The notes under the pieces were generated by a model. The model did no database searches and had not been told where the DNA came from. It saw only the letters and a program-made list of their open reading frames with translations. This document shows, one piece after another, positions 45,690-46,273 of a stretch of DNA of 46,273 bases. A program made the position numbers and the translations under genes. This stretch comes from Pseudomonadota bacterium (GTDB taxonomy: Bacteria > Bdellovibrionota_B > Oligoflexia > Silvanigrellales > Silvanigrellaceae), in the NCBI GenBank assembly GCA_039799905.1, contig JBDLRP010000049.1:1-46273 (forward strand), read 5' to 3'. Numbering within the stretch: the first letter of the stretch is position 1; each line of letters begins with the position of its first letter.

Positions 45690-46273
45690 ATGAAAAGAGT
45701 TGCAGTCACAGGTTTGGGCATTCTCTCTCCGGTCGGAAACAATCTTGAAAGCTGCTGGTCTGCAGTCATCAACGGTGTCAGCGGAATCACCAAAGTTACG
45801 CAAGTTGACCTATCCAAACACACCGTACAGATCGGCGGCGAGGTGAAAAGCTTCGACCCCGCCCAGTATTTTTCAAACGAGAAGGAAGCTCGCCGCAACC
45901 AACGTTTTGTGCAGATGGCGGTCGCGGCCAGCCGGATGGCGATGCAGGATGCAAAGCTTGAGCTGAACGATGAACTTAAACTCGACACAGGCGTGTCGAT
46001 CGGAGTCGGTGTCGGTGGACTTGGCTATCTCGAAGAACAAATCATCACCATGCACGAGAAGGACCCGAGCAGGGTTTCGCCGTTCACAATTCCTGGGTTC
46101 ATCGCAAACATGGCTGCGGGCATTACCGCCATGGAGATGGGCGCCAAAGGACCAAACATCTGCGTGACGACCGCCTGTACGAGCGGAACCCACGCTATTG
46201 GTGAAGCACTCATGCTGATTCAGACCGGACGTGCCAAGGTCATGATCGCGGGCGGAGCCGAAGCTGCGCTGAG
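45690..46273 (+). CDS. fabF: Beta-ketoacyl-ACP synthase II, 3'-truncated by window edge
   Basis: Read by hand: MKRVAVTGLGILSPVGN...RVSPFTIPG.IANMAAG...GPN..TTACTSGTHAIGEA...AGGAEA. Confidence 0.95.
   Translation, partial: MKRVAVTGLGILSPVGNNLESCWSAVINGVSGITKVTQVDLSKHTVQIGGEVKSFDPAQYFSNEKEARRNQRFVQMAVAASRMAMQDAKLELNDELKLDTGVSIGVGVGGLGYLEEQIITMHEKDPSRVSPFTIPGFIANMAAGITAMEMGAKGPNICVTTACTSGTHAIGEALMLIQTGRAKVMIAGGAEAAL

Overview
Gene-dense bacterial chromosomal window of mostly housekeeping and accessory metabolic genes. I found no tRNA/rRNA, CRISPR array, integrase or transposase. Gene content (AgmX/PglI-type domain, degenerate PilZ, many lipoproteins, long-form TDO) is consistent with a Bdellovibrionota/Oligoflexia-like organism; this is inference only. 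Gene order: partial pgeF, secE-nusG-TDO, lipoprotein, inverted stand-alone tuf, a coupled operon [Cys-GST/pterin-dehydratase fusion]-mtnA-RuBisCO-like mtnW-mtnB-half-size TauE, glgP, three surface lipoproteins (including an S8 protease with an (SP)22 linker and PA14 domain), ArnT, an Rrf2-sufS-sufU-sufC-sufB-sufD-Rieske locus, a large atypical UbiB/ABC1 kinase, DUF2797, MltD-thioredoxin-DUF6952-like, TPR protein-mfd-gpsA, MoxR, PilZ-like-ltaE, tyrS, zinc-ribbon, nuclease, LplA-like and HAD genes, and partial fabF. The best candidate for an undescribed system is the mosaic methylthioribose-salvage operon at 5590-9934. It starts with an unusual GST-PCD fusion, has a eukaryote-type MRI1 isomerase and a form IV RuBisCO-like enolase, and lacks mtnX, mtnD and mtnK in this window. 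All calls come from motif recognition by eye; no database searches were run.
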